A DNA stretch of 64,000 nt from an uncultured Pirellulales bacterium (GTDB taxonomy: Bacteria; Planctomycetota; Phycisphaerae; Sedimentisphaerales; SM23-30), in NCBI GenBank assembly GCA_964537505.1, contig CAZICK010000002.1, positions 5,975 to 69,974 on the forward strand. Reading direction: 5' to 3'. Below are positions 18,005 through 27,252 of this stretch, one piece after another; positions within the stretch are counted from its first letter, which is position 1; each line of letters opens with the position of its first letter. The position numbers and the translations under genes were made by a program. The notes beneath the pieces were generated by a model, which was given only the letters and a program-made list of their open reading frames with translations, searched no databases and was not told the DNA's origin.

Positions 18005-19897
18005 ATGAAGGTAATAGAGCCTATTCAGTGCAAATATATACGGCAAAGTGTTTTTTTGCCGGTTTGTACGGCTGCCTTTTTTGGCTTGTACTGGCTCTAC
18101 CTCTGCTTGCGTATTGAGCCGACCCTGATTTATCATAGTCACGGTCTGTTGCTGAGATTTCCTGTTTTTTCCGCGGATTGGGCTTTCATCGAGAGTTTCC
18201 TGTCTCGGCCGGGAGGTCTGGTCGAATGCCTTTTTGCGTTTTTGAGTCAGTTCTATTATTATTCCTGGGCCGGGGCGATGGTCATTACCCTGATAGGGTG
18301 GCTTTTTTATCTGTCGATTGGTGCGTTTGTCAGGGCCTTTACCGGGCGGGACGTTTACCTGCTGCGTTTTGTTCCCGCTGTCGGATTGCTGCTAGCCTAT
18401 AATCAATACATTCACTGTCTGGAAGGAAGCATCAAGGTATTGCTGGCGTTGTTGTTTGCGTTGGTTTATATCAAGATGCCGTTGCGCCGCGGGTGGATGC
18501 GGTGGACGGTTTTTTTACTGCTGTCTGCTTTACTTTATTGTGGGGCTGGTACCGGTGGTTTGCTTTTTGCCTGGTTTTGCGGACTATTTGAGATTCGGCG
18601 TCGCAGGTTCGTGACCGCCCTGTGGTGTTTTGTCTGTGCTACGGCGGCGGCATATATATTGGCAAATTATTTTCTCGACAGCCTTTTGAGCAGAATGTGG
18701 TTGATTTTTCCGATGGAGCAATCGCTCGATGATTCGCGAATAGCGAATATTACGATTTGGTCTTATCTGGTTTTTGCGTTGTCGGTACTGGTGATGGTGT
18801 TTTGGCCGCGGCGGAAAATCGTGGTGGCGCAGATCAACGAGAATAAGGCAGATCACAAAAACAGGCGATTCCCCCCGATAAGATGGTATGTCAGTTTCCG
18901 AACAAGTAAGTTCAAATTGGTTTTTCAATGGCTGATTTTGCTGATCGTGAGCGCAACGGCTGTATTTTTTTCGTTTGATCGCAGCAATATGGTTGGTCAC
19001 CGGGTATTATATTATGCGTATTACCGGAAGTGGCCTGAGTTGTTGCGCGATGCGCAGCAGGTGCCGCGTGAAAAATATAATATGGTTCTTAACTGTCAGA
19101 TTGACCGAGCTTTGTTTCATACCGGAGAGCTTACTAGCAGGCTGTTTTCTTATCCGCAAAGACCACAGGGGCTTTTGGGCGTTCGCCTGCAGTCCCACTA
19201 TTTGATAGCCGCCGAGTTGTTTCTGGAACTCGGCCTGGTTAACGATGCGGAGCACCTGGCCCATGAGTCGCTGGAAATCTACGGCAGTCATCCGATGAAC
19301 CTGAAGCAATTAGCTCTGATCAATATTGCCAAAGGTCAGAGTGATACGGCACGTGTTTTTCTCCGTGCGATGAGCAGGGATTTGGTGTTCGGTCGATGGG
19401 CCCTCGACTGCCTGGAACGGCTCGAAAAAAAACAGCTTCCGGCCGACGAGCGGATACGCCGGATCAATCCGTTTATAATTGTAAATGATGGGTTAAGTGT
19501 AAGTACCTTTTTTAATGTGGATGAGATATTAGGAAAACTGCTGCGTCATAATCCGAAAAACCGAATGGCATACGAATATCTGATGAGCTGGTACTTGTTG
19601 ACCAACCAACTTGATATGTTTGCCAAAAATGTCCATCGTTTGGACGATTTTGACTATCTTGGTATTCCCCGGCATTACGAAGAGGCGATCCTTTGCCACA
19701 ATGCGATGACTGGAACCTGGATTAATCTCGGGAATCGCAAGATCAGCCGCCAGACAGCTCAGCGATTTGAGGATTTTGTGGCTATGAGCATAACTTACAG
19801 AAACGATCCGAAAAAAGCACGAAAGATGCTGGTAAAGGATTTTGGCGATACGTATTACTACTATTACTCGTTCGGCCATTTGGAAGAGGCAAAATGA
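18005..19897 (+). CDS. Cassette protein A2 (paralog of A1)
   Basis: 630 aa with a ggagga RBS. The membrane core is nearly identical to the other A copies. The stop overlaps the B2 start (ATGA). Confidence 0.85.
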   Translation: MKVIEPIQCKYIRQSVFLPVCTAAFFGLYWLYLCLRIEPTLIYHSHGLLLRFPVFSADWAFIESFLSRPGGLVECLFAFLSQFYYYSWAGAMVITLIGWLFYLSIGAFVRAFTGRDVYLLRFVPAVGLLLAYNQYIHCLEGSIKVLLALLFALVYIKMPLRRGWMRWTVFLLLSALLYCGAGTGGLLFAWFCGLFEIRRRRFVTALWCFVCATAAAYILANYFLDSLLSRMWLIFPMEQSLDDSRIANITIWSYLVFALSVLVMVFWPRRKIVVAQINENKADHKNRRFPPIRWYVSFRTSKFKLVFQWLILLIVSATAVFFSFDRSNMVGHRVLYYAYYRKWPELLRDAQQVPREKYNMVLNCQIDRALFHTGELTSRLFSYPQRPQGLLGVRLQSHYLIAAELFLELGLVNDAEHLAHESLEIYGSHPMNLKQLALINIAKGQSDTARVFLRAMSRDLVFGRWALDCLERLEKKQLPADERIRRINPFIIVNDGLSVSTFFNVDEILGKLLRHNPKNRMAYEYLMSWYLLTNQLDMFAKNVHRLDDFDYLGIPRHYEEAILCHNAMTGTWINLGNRKISRQTAQRFEDFVAMSITYRNDPKKARKMLVKDFGDTYYYYYSFGHLEEAK

Positions 19898-21471
19898 ATA
19901 AGTTCCGCTGGTATATATTTGTGCCGATTATTGCCGCCGCCCTGGCAATTGCCTGGTTGTATTTCGTTTGGTACGACTTCGATGGACATATTGAGGATGC
20001 TACGAGAATCGCCAGGCCCGCTCAAATTCGCCCTGACTATAACAATACCGTTATTCCGCCGAATATCGCCCCGTTAAACTTCACAGTGAACGAACCCGGC
20101 AGGCGATACTATGTCAGAATATACTCGGATCAGGGCAATGGTATTGACATTTATAGCAGAAAACCGCAGATAGTAATTCCGCCAAAACGCTGGAGAGAAT
20201 TGCTCCGTCTCAATCCCAAAGGCACGTTGTATTTTGATGTTTGTCTCGAAGATAAAAATGGTCAATGGCAGCGGTTTGCCCCTATTACCAATACAATTGC
20301 CGAGCCTGATATAGACGAATACCTGGTCTATCGGCTTATTAAACCGGTGTACAATATCTGGTACGAGATGGGCATTTACCAACGCCATCTGGCCAGCTAC
20401 GACCAATTACCGGTATTGCGCGGACGGACGTTCGTGAAAAATGAGGCCGGGGGCTGTGTCAACTGCCATACGTTTTGTAATAACCGGACGGATAAAATGA
20501 CCATAGGCGTGCGCAGCGACTACGGCGCTTTTGCCCTACTTGCACAGGGTGACGAGATAGCTAAAATCGGGACGAAAATCAGCTATACCGCCTGGCATCC
20601 AAGTGGGCGGCTCATAACGTATTCTATGAACAAAGTACAGTTGTTTTGCCACCTGGCGGGGGTCGAAATACGTGATGTGGTTGATCTCGATTCGGCTCTG
20701 GCGTGCTATTATCCCGAATCGCAGACGGTTAAGATACCACCGCAGTTTCGGGGAAAAGATCGGCTGGAAACTTATCCAGCCTGGTCACCGGACGGTTGCT
20801 TTCTATATTTTTGCAGTGCGCCGATCTTGTGGTCCGATCGTAACAAGATGCCGCCGAAGAACTATGAAAAGGTTCGTTATGATCTCGTGCGAGTTAGTTA
20901 TGATCTCGACAGTGACACCTGGGGCCAGATCGAAACCATCATTTCCGGTAGGCAAACCGGCAAAAGTATTATGCTGCCCCGAATTTCGCCGGATGGTCGA
21001 TTTCTGATGTTTTGTATGTGCGATTACGGCTGTTTTCCCATCTATCAACCCAGCAGTGACCTGTATATGATGGACCTGGAAGCCGCTCGACAAACGGGCA
21101 ATTTTACTTACCGCCGTCTGGAGGTCAACAGTGATCGGAGTGAGTCATGGCATTGTTGGTCGAGCAACGGACGATGGGTGGTTTTCAGCAGTAAAAGACG
21201 CGACGGAGTTTTCACACGCAGTTACATCAGCTATGTGGACGAAGATGGCAAGGTATATAAGCCACTGCTGCTGCCTCAAAAAGACCCGGATTTTTACGAT
21301 TCATTTCTCAAGACGTACAGTGTTCCCGAATTTGTCGTAGAACCAGTTCGGACCCGGGAAAAAGACCTGGTTGATGCTGTGCGTTCGCCAATTCAGATCG
21401 ATGTGACCGTCCCATTGACCGGCGCCACAGTCAAAGCCGGCTCGGACGAGCCGTGGCAGGAACGGGAATAG
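19894..21471 (+). CDS. Cassette protein B2 (CxxCH / PD40 propeller)
   Basis: 525 aa with GGCVNCHTFCNN, AWSPDGCFLYF, RISPDGRFLMF, SSNGRWVVF. 4-nt overlap with A2. Confidence 0.85.
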   Translation: MNKFRWYIFVPIIAAALAIAWLYFVWYDFDGHIEDATRIARPAQIRPDYNNTVIPPNIAPLNFTVNEPGRRYYVRIYSDQGNGIDIYSRKPQIVIPPKRWRELLRLNPKGTLYFDVCLEDKNGQWQRFAPITNTIAEPDIDEYLVYRLIKPVYNIWYEMGIYQRHLASYDQLPVLRGRTFVKNEAGGCVNCHTFCNNRTDKMTIGVRSDYGAFALLAQGDEIAKIGTKISYTAWHPSGRLITYSMNKVQLFCHLAGVEIRDVVDLDSALACYYPESQTVKIPPQFRGKDRLETYPAWSPDGCFLYFCSAPILWSDRNKMPPKNYEKVRYDLVRVSYDLDSDTWGQIETIISGRQTGKSIMLPRISPDGRFLMFCMCDYGCFPIYQPSSDLYMMDLEAARQTGNFTYRRLEVNSDRSESWHCWSSNGRWVVFSSKRRDGVFTRSYISYVDEDGKVYKPLLLPQKDPDFYDSFLKTYSVPEFVVEPVRTREKDLVDAVRSPIQIDVTVPLTGATVKAGSDEPWQERE

Positions 21472-21548
21472 CCCCTGAGGCGCCCAGAGCCTAGCGGCGA
21501 TCTTTGTGTGACATTGCCCATATCCAATAAGTCGCGAATTTGTTAATT

Positions 21549-21642
21549 TTGACGCCAGTGTCAAAGGTATTTTGGAGTTTTGATTCTGGTATTCAAACGG
21601 CATTTTCGGACGTTAGTATCGACTTTTGAGGCCAACATCAAT
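21549..21642 (+). repeat. Dispersed ~92-nt intergenic element, copy 4
   Basis: ttgacgccagtgtcaaaggtattttggagttttgattctggtattcaaacggcattttcggacgttagtatcgacttttgaggccaacatcaat. Confidence 0.65.
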
Positions 21643-21672
21643 TTGGAAGTTTTTTCAATCACTGAAAAACAG

Positions 21673-21701
21673 TTGAGTAGTGGGCTGTAATGTTGTATGA
21701 T
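21673..21701 (+). promoter_or_regulatory. Sigma70-like promoter of cassette 3 (TTGAGT-17-TATGAT)
   Basis: Same sequence as 14192-14220. Confidence 0.5.
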
Positions 21702-21771
21702 TGTACCCAGTTACCCAGTTTTGGGAATTGTTGCGATTCAGTGAGAATTATGGTTTGCCGATTATACGAAA

Positions 21772-23601
21772 GTGGAAGCACTTAGTCAATGTCGATGTGG
21801 GAAGCATGGACCGGTTTGTACAGCTTCCTTTTTTGGTCTGTACTGGCTCTACGTCTGCTTACGTATTGAGCCGACTCTCATTTATCACGGCCATGTTTCG
21901 CTGCTGAAGTTTCCAGTTTTTTCCCTGGACTGGGCTTTTGTAGAAGACTTGCTGGTCTGCCCTGGCGGCCTGTCTGAATGCCTTTTTGCGTTTTTGAGTC
22001 AGTTCTATTATTATTCCTGGGCAGGGGCGCTGGTCATTACCGTGACAGGATGGCTTTTTTATCTAGCGGTGGGTGCGATTGTCAGGGCCTTTACCGGTCG
22101 GGACGTTTACCTGTTGCGTTTTGCTGCCGCTGTGGGATTGCTGCTGGCCTATAATCAATACATTCACTGTCTGGAAGGAAGTATCAAGATATTGCTGGCG
22201 TTGTTGTTTGCGTTGGTTTATATCAAGATGTCGTTGCTCCGCGGGTGGACGCGATGGACGGTTTTTTTGTTACTGTCTGCTTTACTTTATTGCGGGGCCG
22301 GTACCGGTGGTTTGCTTTTTGCCTGGTTCTGCGTACTGTTTGAGATTCGGCGTCGCAGGTTCATAACCGCCCTGTGGTGTTTTGTCTCCACTACGGCGGC
22401 GGCGTATATATTGGCAAATTATTTTCTCGACAGCAATCAGAGTAGAATGTGGTTGATTTTTCCAGAGGTGCAAACGTTTGAGGATCCAAGAATAGCAAAA
22501 GTTGTGGTCTGGTCTTATCTGGTTTTTGCTTTAGTGGTTGTGGTGTTGACTTTTTGGCCGCGCCGGCAAGCGTCCACCGTAAAGAAAAACAAGACCGCCA
22601 TGTCTGGTGAAGAAAGCTCTTCCGGCAACGCTAAACTGCGGTTGATTTTGAGCGTGTTTGTTCTGCTGGCCATGACTATAACAATCTTTTTTTCGTTAAA
22701 TCGCGTTAAAAGGTACCAATCGCAAATAACTTATTATGGCTACTACCGAAAATGGCCTGAGCTTTTACGCCTGGCGAATGGGATACCATTCGAAGAGTAT
22801 AATATTTTTCTTGTTCATTACGTTAATAGAGCGCTCTTTCATACAGGAAAGCTTGGTTGTGAGATGTTTTCATATCCACAAAGTCCGGATGCTTTTGGAG
22901 CCATCTACAAGGGGAGCCGTAACTGCGTAGCCACTGAGCAGTTTTTCGAAATCGGGTTGGTTAACGATGCGGCGCACTTGGCCTACCAGTCGCTGGAAAG
23001 ATTTGGCAGCCATCCGACGACCCTGAAACAATTGGCTTTGATTAATGTCGCAAGAGAACAAACCAATGCCGCCCGCGTTTTTCTTAATGTCTTGAGCAAA
23101 GATTTGATATTCGGCCGATGGGCGCGCGATTGTCTCAAACGTCTTGAGACAGATCCGCTGCTTCTGGAAGACGAGCGGATGCGTCGCATCAGCACATTGC
23201 GAACGGTTGATGACCCGCTCAGAGCGGTCAATATTCCTGGTATGCAGTTACAGGTATTGCTGGAACACAATGGGGAAAATAAAATGGCATTTGAATATCT
23301 GATGGCCGATCATTTGTTGAACAGGCGGCTTGAGATGTTCCTGACCCAGCTTCATCGTCTGGACGATTTTGACTATCCGGATATTCCCCGCCATTATGAA
23401 GAAGCGATTTTGATTTACACTATGCTGACTAAAAAAACGGTTGACCTTGGGAATCGCAAGATCAACCCTGAGACAATACGACGGTCTCGCGATTTTTATC
23501 GAATCTGTGCGATTTACGGGAATAACACGCAAGCCGCGTTAGAAGAGCTGGAAAGAATGGGTTTTTCTGATACATATTTCTTCTATTATAGTTTCCAATA
23601 A
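21772..23601 (+). CDS. Cassette protein A3 (paralog of A1; GTG start)
   Basis: 609 aa. The ATG of A1 is ACG here, so the GTG two codons downstream is the first available start. Long tracts are identical to A1. Confidence 0.8.
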   Translation: MEALSQCRCGKHGPVCTASFFGLYWLYVCLRIEPTLIYHGHVSLLKFPVFSLDWAFVEDLLVCPGGLSECLFAFLSQFYYYSWAGALVITVTGWLFYLAVGAIVRAFTGRDVYLLRFAAAVGLLLAYNQYIHCLEGSIKILLALLFALVYIKMSLLRGWTRWTVFLLLSALLYCGAGTGGLLFAWFCVLFEIRRRRFITALWCFVSTTAAAYILANYFLDSNQSRMWLIFPEVQTFEDPRIAKVVVWSYLVFALVVVVLTFWPRRQASTVKKNKTAMSGEESSSGNAKLRLILSVFVLLAMTITIFFSLNRVKRYQSQITYYGYYRKWPELLRLANGIPFEEYNIFLVHYVNRALFHTGKLGCEMFSYPQSPDAFGAIYKGSRNCVATEQFFEIGLVNDAAHLAYQSLERFGSHPTTLKQLALINVAREQTNAARVFLNVLSKDLIFGRWARDCLKRLETDPLLLEDERMRRISTLRTVDDPLRAVNIPGMQLQVLLEHNGENKMAFEYLMADHLLNRRLEMFLTQLHRLDDFDYPDIPRHYEEAILIYTMLTKKTVDLGNRKINPETIRRSRDFYRICAIYGNNTQAALEELERMGFSDTYFFYYSFQ

Positions 23602-23624
23602 TCCGGTGACTTAGGTTTTGTAAA

Positions 23625-25208
23625 ATGAATAAATATCGCCGCTATCTGCTTTTGCCGATTACCGTTGCCATATTGGCTATTGTTCCGCTCTATTGTATTC
23701 TGTCTGCTGCGGACCAACCTGTCCACGACGCCACTTTAATTAACCGATCTCCCCTGATTCGCCCTGACTACACGAATACGGCCATTCCCCCGAACATCGC
23801 ACCGCTGAACTTCACAGTGGACGAACCCGCCAGGCGATATTATGTCAGGATATACTCGGATAATGGCAAAGATATTAACATCTACAGCAAGAAACCGCAG
23901 ATAGTGGTCCCCCTGAAACCATGGAGAGAGCTGTTGCACTTCAACCGAGGGAATAAACTGTATTTTGATGTCTGCCTCGAAGATGAAAATGGTCAATGGC
24001 GGCGGTTCTCCCCTGTTACCAACACGATCGCCCCGGACGATACCGACGAATATTTGGTTTATCGGCTCATCAAACCACTGTACGGTAACTGGTTTGACAC
24101 AGGTATTTACCAGCGTCACCTGGTTAACTACGATCAGTTACCTGTTTTGCGCGGTCGGAGCTTCAGGAAACAAAACGACGGAGCTTGCGTTAACTGCCAT
24201 GCGTTTTGTAATAATCGAACAGATAAGATGACGATCGGCGTGCGGAGCTGGGATTATGGTATCTCTACGCTGTTGTCCCAAAACGGCACAGTGAGCGAGA
24301 TGGACGTCAAGTTCGGTTATACCGCCTGGCACCCCAGCGGTCGGATAATCGTGTATTCGATGAACGATGTGCAGCAATTCTTCCACATGACCGGAGTAGA
24401 GATCAGGGATGTAGTCGATCTCGATTCGGCTTTGGCGTACTATGACCTCAAATCGCAAACAGTCAAGATGCCTCCACAACTGGCTGACAAATCTCGGTTG
24501 GAAACTTATCCGACCTGGTCTCCGGACGGCCGGTATTTGTATTTTTGCAGTGCGCCGATGTTATGGTCCGATCACAATAAAGTGCCGCCAACAAACTTCG
24601 AAAAACTACGCTACGATCTTGTTCGAATCAGCTATGATATTGACACGGATAGCTGGGGTCAGCTTGAAACAGTTCTTTCCGCCGGCCAGACACACAAAAG
24701 TATTCTGCTGCCCCGAATTTCACCGGACGGGCGATTCCTGATGTTTTGTATGTGCGATTATGGCTGCTTCCCCATCTATCAGCCCAGCAGTGACTTGTGT
24801 ATGATGGACCTGGAAGCCGCCCGACAAACGGGCAATTTTACTTACCGTCGCCTTGAAGTCAACAGTGATCGGAGCGAGTCATGGCATTGTTGGTCGAGCA
24901 ACGGACGGTGGGTAGTTTTCAGCAGTAAAAGGCTTGACGGAGTTTTTATACGCAGTTACATCAGCTATGTGGACGAAGACGGCAAGGTGTATAAGCCACT
25001 GCTGCTGCCTCAAAAAGATCCGGATTTTTACGACACATTTCTGAAGACCTACACTGTTCCTGAATTTGTCGTAGAACCAGTTCGGATCCGGGAAAAAAAA
25101 CTAGCTGATGCTGTGCGTTCACCCGCTCAAATCGATGTGTCTATGCCCCTGACCGGTGCCACCCAGAAGGTCGGTCCGCCCGATTCCTGGCAGCAAAAGC
25201 AGGAATAG
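23625..25208 (+). CDS. Cassette protein B3 (CxxCH / PD40 propeller)
   Basis: 527 aa with GACVNCHAFCNN. The central ~170 aa are identical to B1. Confidence 0.85.
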   Translation: MNKYRRYLLLPITVAILAIVPLYCILSAADQPVHDATLINRSPLIRPDYTNTAIPPNIAPLNFTVDEPARRYYVRIYSDNGKDINIYSKKPQIVVPLKPWRELLHFNRGNKLYFDVCLEDENGQWRRFSPVTNTIAPDDTDEYLVYRLIKPLYGNWFDTGIYQRHLVNYDQLPVLRGRSFRKQNDGACVNCHAFCNNRTDKMTIGVRSWDYGISTLLSQNGTVSEMDVKFGYTAWHPSGRIIVYSMNDVQQFFHMTGVEIRDVVDLDSALAYYDLKSQTVKMPPQLADKSRLETYPTWSPDGRYLYFCSAPMLWSDHNKVPPTNFEKLRYDLVRISYDIDTDSWGQLETVLSAGQTHKSILLPRISPDGRFLMFCMCDYGCFPIYQPSSDLCMMDLEAARQTGNFTYRRLEVNSDRSESWHCWSSNGRWVVFSSKRLDGVFIRSYISYVDEDGKVYKPLLLPQKDPDFYDTFLKTYTVPEFVVEPVRIREKKLADAVRSPAQIDVSMPLTGATQKVGPPDSWQQKQE

Positions 25209-25258
25209 CATTGCAGATTTGCGTGTATGGGTATAGCTCAATCGTCATGAGTATGCTG

Positions 25259-25288
25259 TTGAATAATTGTTCATGATATTGTTATAAT
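25259..25288 (+). promoter_or_regulatory. Sigma70-like promoter of cassette 4 (TTGAAT-18-TATAAT)
   Basis: 66 nt upstream of the A4 ATG. Homologous to the A2 upstream region. Confidence 0.5.
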
Positions 25289-25353
25289 CGGTCCCAGTGG
25301 CTTAATCTCCAGTATTGTCGGCGTCAGTAACAACGAAGTTTACCGGAGGATGA

Positions 25354-27252
25354 ATGAAGGTGATAGAGCCTGTTCAGTGCAAATATATACGGCAGAGTAT
25401 TTGTTTGCCGGGCTGTACCGCTGTTTTTTTCGGCTTGTATTATCTTTACGTTTACCTGTGTATCGAACCAACACTTATTTATCATGGTCATATCTTTAAT
25501 CTGAAGTTTCCAGTTTTTTTCGTGGACGGCTTTTTTATCAGGAGTTTCCTGGTCCGCCCGGGCGGTTTTACTGAATGCCTGTCAGCATTTTTGAGCCAGT
25601 TCTATTATTATTCCTGGGCAGGAGCGATGGTCATTACCCTGATAGGTTGGCTTTATTATTTGGCGGTAGGTGCGCTTGTCAGGGCCTTTACCGGGCGGGA
25701 TGTTTACCTGCTGCGTTTTGTCCCCGCCGTCGGATTACTGCTGGCCTATAATCAATACATTCACTGTCTGGAAGGAAGCATCAAGATATTGTTGGTATTG
25801 TTGTTTGCATTGGTTTATGTCAAGATGCCGTTGCACCGCGGGTGGATGCGGTGGACGGTTTTTTTGCTGCTGTCTGCCTTACTTTATTGCGGGGCCGGTA
25901 CCGGTGGTTTGCTTTTTGCCTGGTTCTGCGTGCTTTTCGAGATTCGCAGGCGCAGGTTTATAACCGCCCTGTGGTGTTTTGTCTGTGCTACGGCGGCGGC
26001 GTATATATTGGCAAATTATTTTCTCGACAGCCTTTTGAGCAGAATGTGGTTGATTTTTCCGATGGAGCAATCGCTCGATGATTCGCGAATAGCGAATATT
26101 ACGATTTGGTCTTATCTGGTTTTTGGTTTGATGGTAATGGTAATGACCTTTTTGCCGCGGCCCCAGACGGCGACCGCAAAGGTCAACAAAAGCAGTTCCG
26201 GCGGCACAAGCAGGCATTCGTCGTCCACCGGGTTAGCCGTTAAAGACCAGAAAAGTAAAATGCCGTTTGTTATTCGATGGTCGGTCTTACTTGCCATAAC
26301 AGCGGCAATCATCTTTTTCACGTTCGATCGCACAGAAAAAAAACGCTTGCGAATATATTATTACGGATACCACCGAAAGTGGCCTGAGCTTTTACGCCAG
26401 GCGCGTGGGATACCAGTTGAAGAGTATAATTTTTTTCTTATTTCTTACATTAATAGAGCGCTCTTCTATACCGGCAAGCTTAGTTGTGAGATGTTTTCAT
26501 ATCCTCAAACAAGCAGCGGACGTGTTATCATGTCGCAAGGTCGTGTTCGTCTGGCAAACGTCGGGCTGCGTTTCGAACTCGGATTGGTTAACGATGCTGA
26601 GCAGTTGGCACATGAATCGCTCGAACTTTTTGGCAGTCATCCGATGACGCTGAAGCAACTGGCTTTGATCAACATTGCCAAAGGCCAAACCGAGACAGCC
26701 TGCATTTTTCTTGGCGCTCTAAGCAAGGATTTGATATTCGGCCGGTGGGCTCGCGATTGTCTCAAACGTCTTGAGATCGATCCGCTGCTCATGGAAGACG
26801 AGCAAATTCGTCAAATCAGAACATTCATTGTTACCACAGAGCCGTTGGAACGGGTCGATATTTTCACAGTGCAGTTGCAAAAACTGCTTCAATACAATAT
26901 GAAAAATAAAATGGCATACGAATATCTGATGGCGGATCATTTGTTGAACAAGTGGTTTGATGCCTTCGTCAAGCATATCCGGTATCTGGACAATTTTGGC
27001 TATGAGGATATCCCTCGTCATTATCAGGAAGCCATTCTGGTTTATACCGCCCAGACTGGAAAACCCATTGATCTCGGAAACCGCAAGATCGCCTACGAGA
27101 CTAAGCGACGGTTCGATGATTTCAGGAATATCGTTAGAGCTAACAAGAACGAGCCGGTAACCAAACAAAAAGTATTGTTAAAGGATTTTTCCGATACCTA
27201 CTACTATTATTGTTATTTTACGAGTATCGATGATTCAGGACGGGCAAGATGA
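25354..27252 (+). CDS. Cassette protein A4 (paralog of A2)
   Basis: 632 aa with a ggagga RBS. The stop overlaps the B4 start (ATGA). Confidence 0.85.
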   Translation: MKVIEPVQCKYIRQSICLPGCTAVFFGLYYLYVYLCIEPTLIYHGHIFNLKFPVFFVDGFFIRSFLVRPGGFTECLSAFLSQFYYYSWAGAMVITLIGWLYYLAVGALVRAFTGRDVYLLRFVPAVGLLLAYNQYIHCLEGSIKILLVLLFALVYVKMPLHRGWMRWTVFLLLSALLYCGAGTGGLLFAWFCVLFEIRRRRFITALWCFVCATAAAYILANYFLDSLLSRMWLIFPMEQSLDDSRIANITIWSYLVFGLMVMVMTFLPRPQTATAKVNKSSSGGTSRHSSSTGLAVKDQKSKMPFVIRWSVLLAITAAIIFFTFDRTEKKRLRIYYYGYHRKWPELLRQARGIPVEEYNFFLISYINRALFYTGKLSCEMFSYPQTSSGRVIMSQGRVRLANVGLRFELGLVNDAEQLAHESLELFGSHPMTLKQLALINIAKGQTETACIFLGALSKDLIFGRWARDCLKRLEIDPLLMEDEQIRQIRTFIVTTEPLERVDIFTVQLQKLLQYNMKNKMAYEYLMADHLLNKWFDAFVKHIRYLDNFGYEDIPRHYQEAILVYTAQTGKPIDLGNRKIAYETKRRFDDFRNIVRANKNEPVTKQKVLLKDFSDTYYYYCYFTSIDDSGRAR

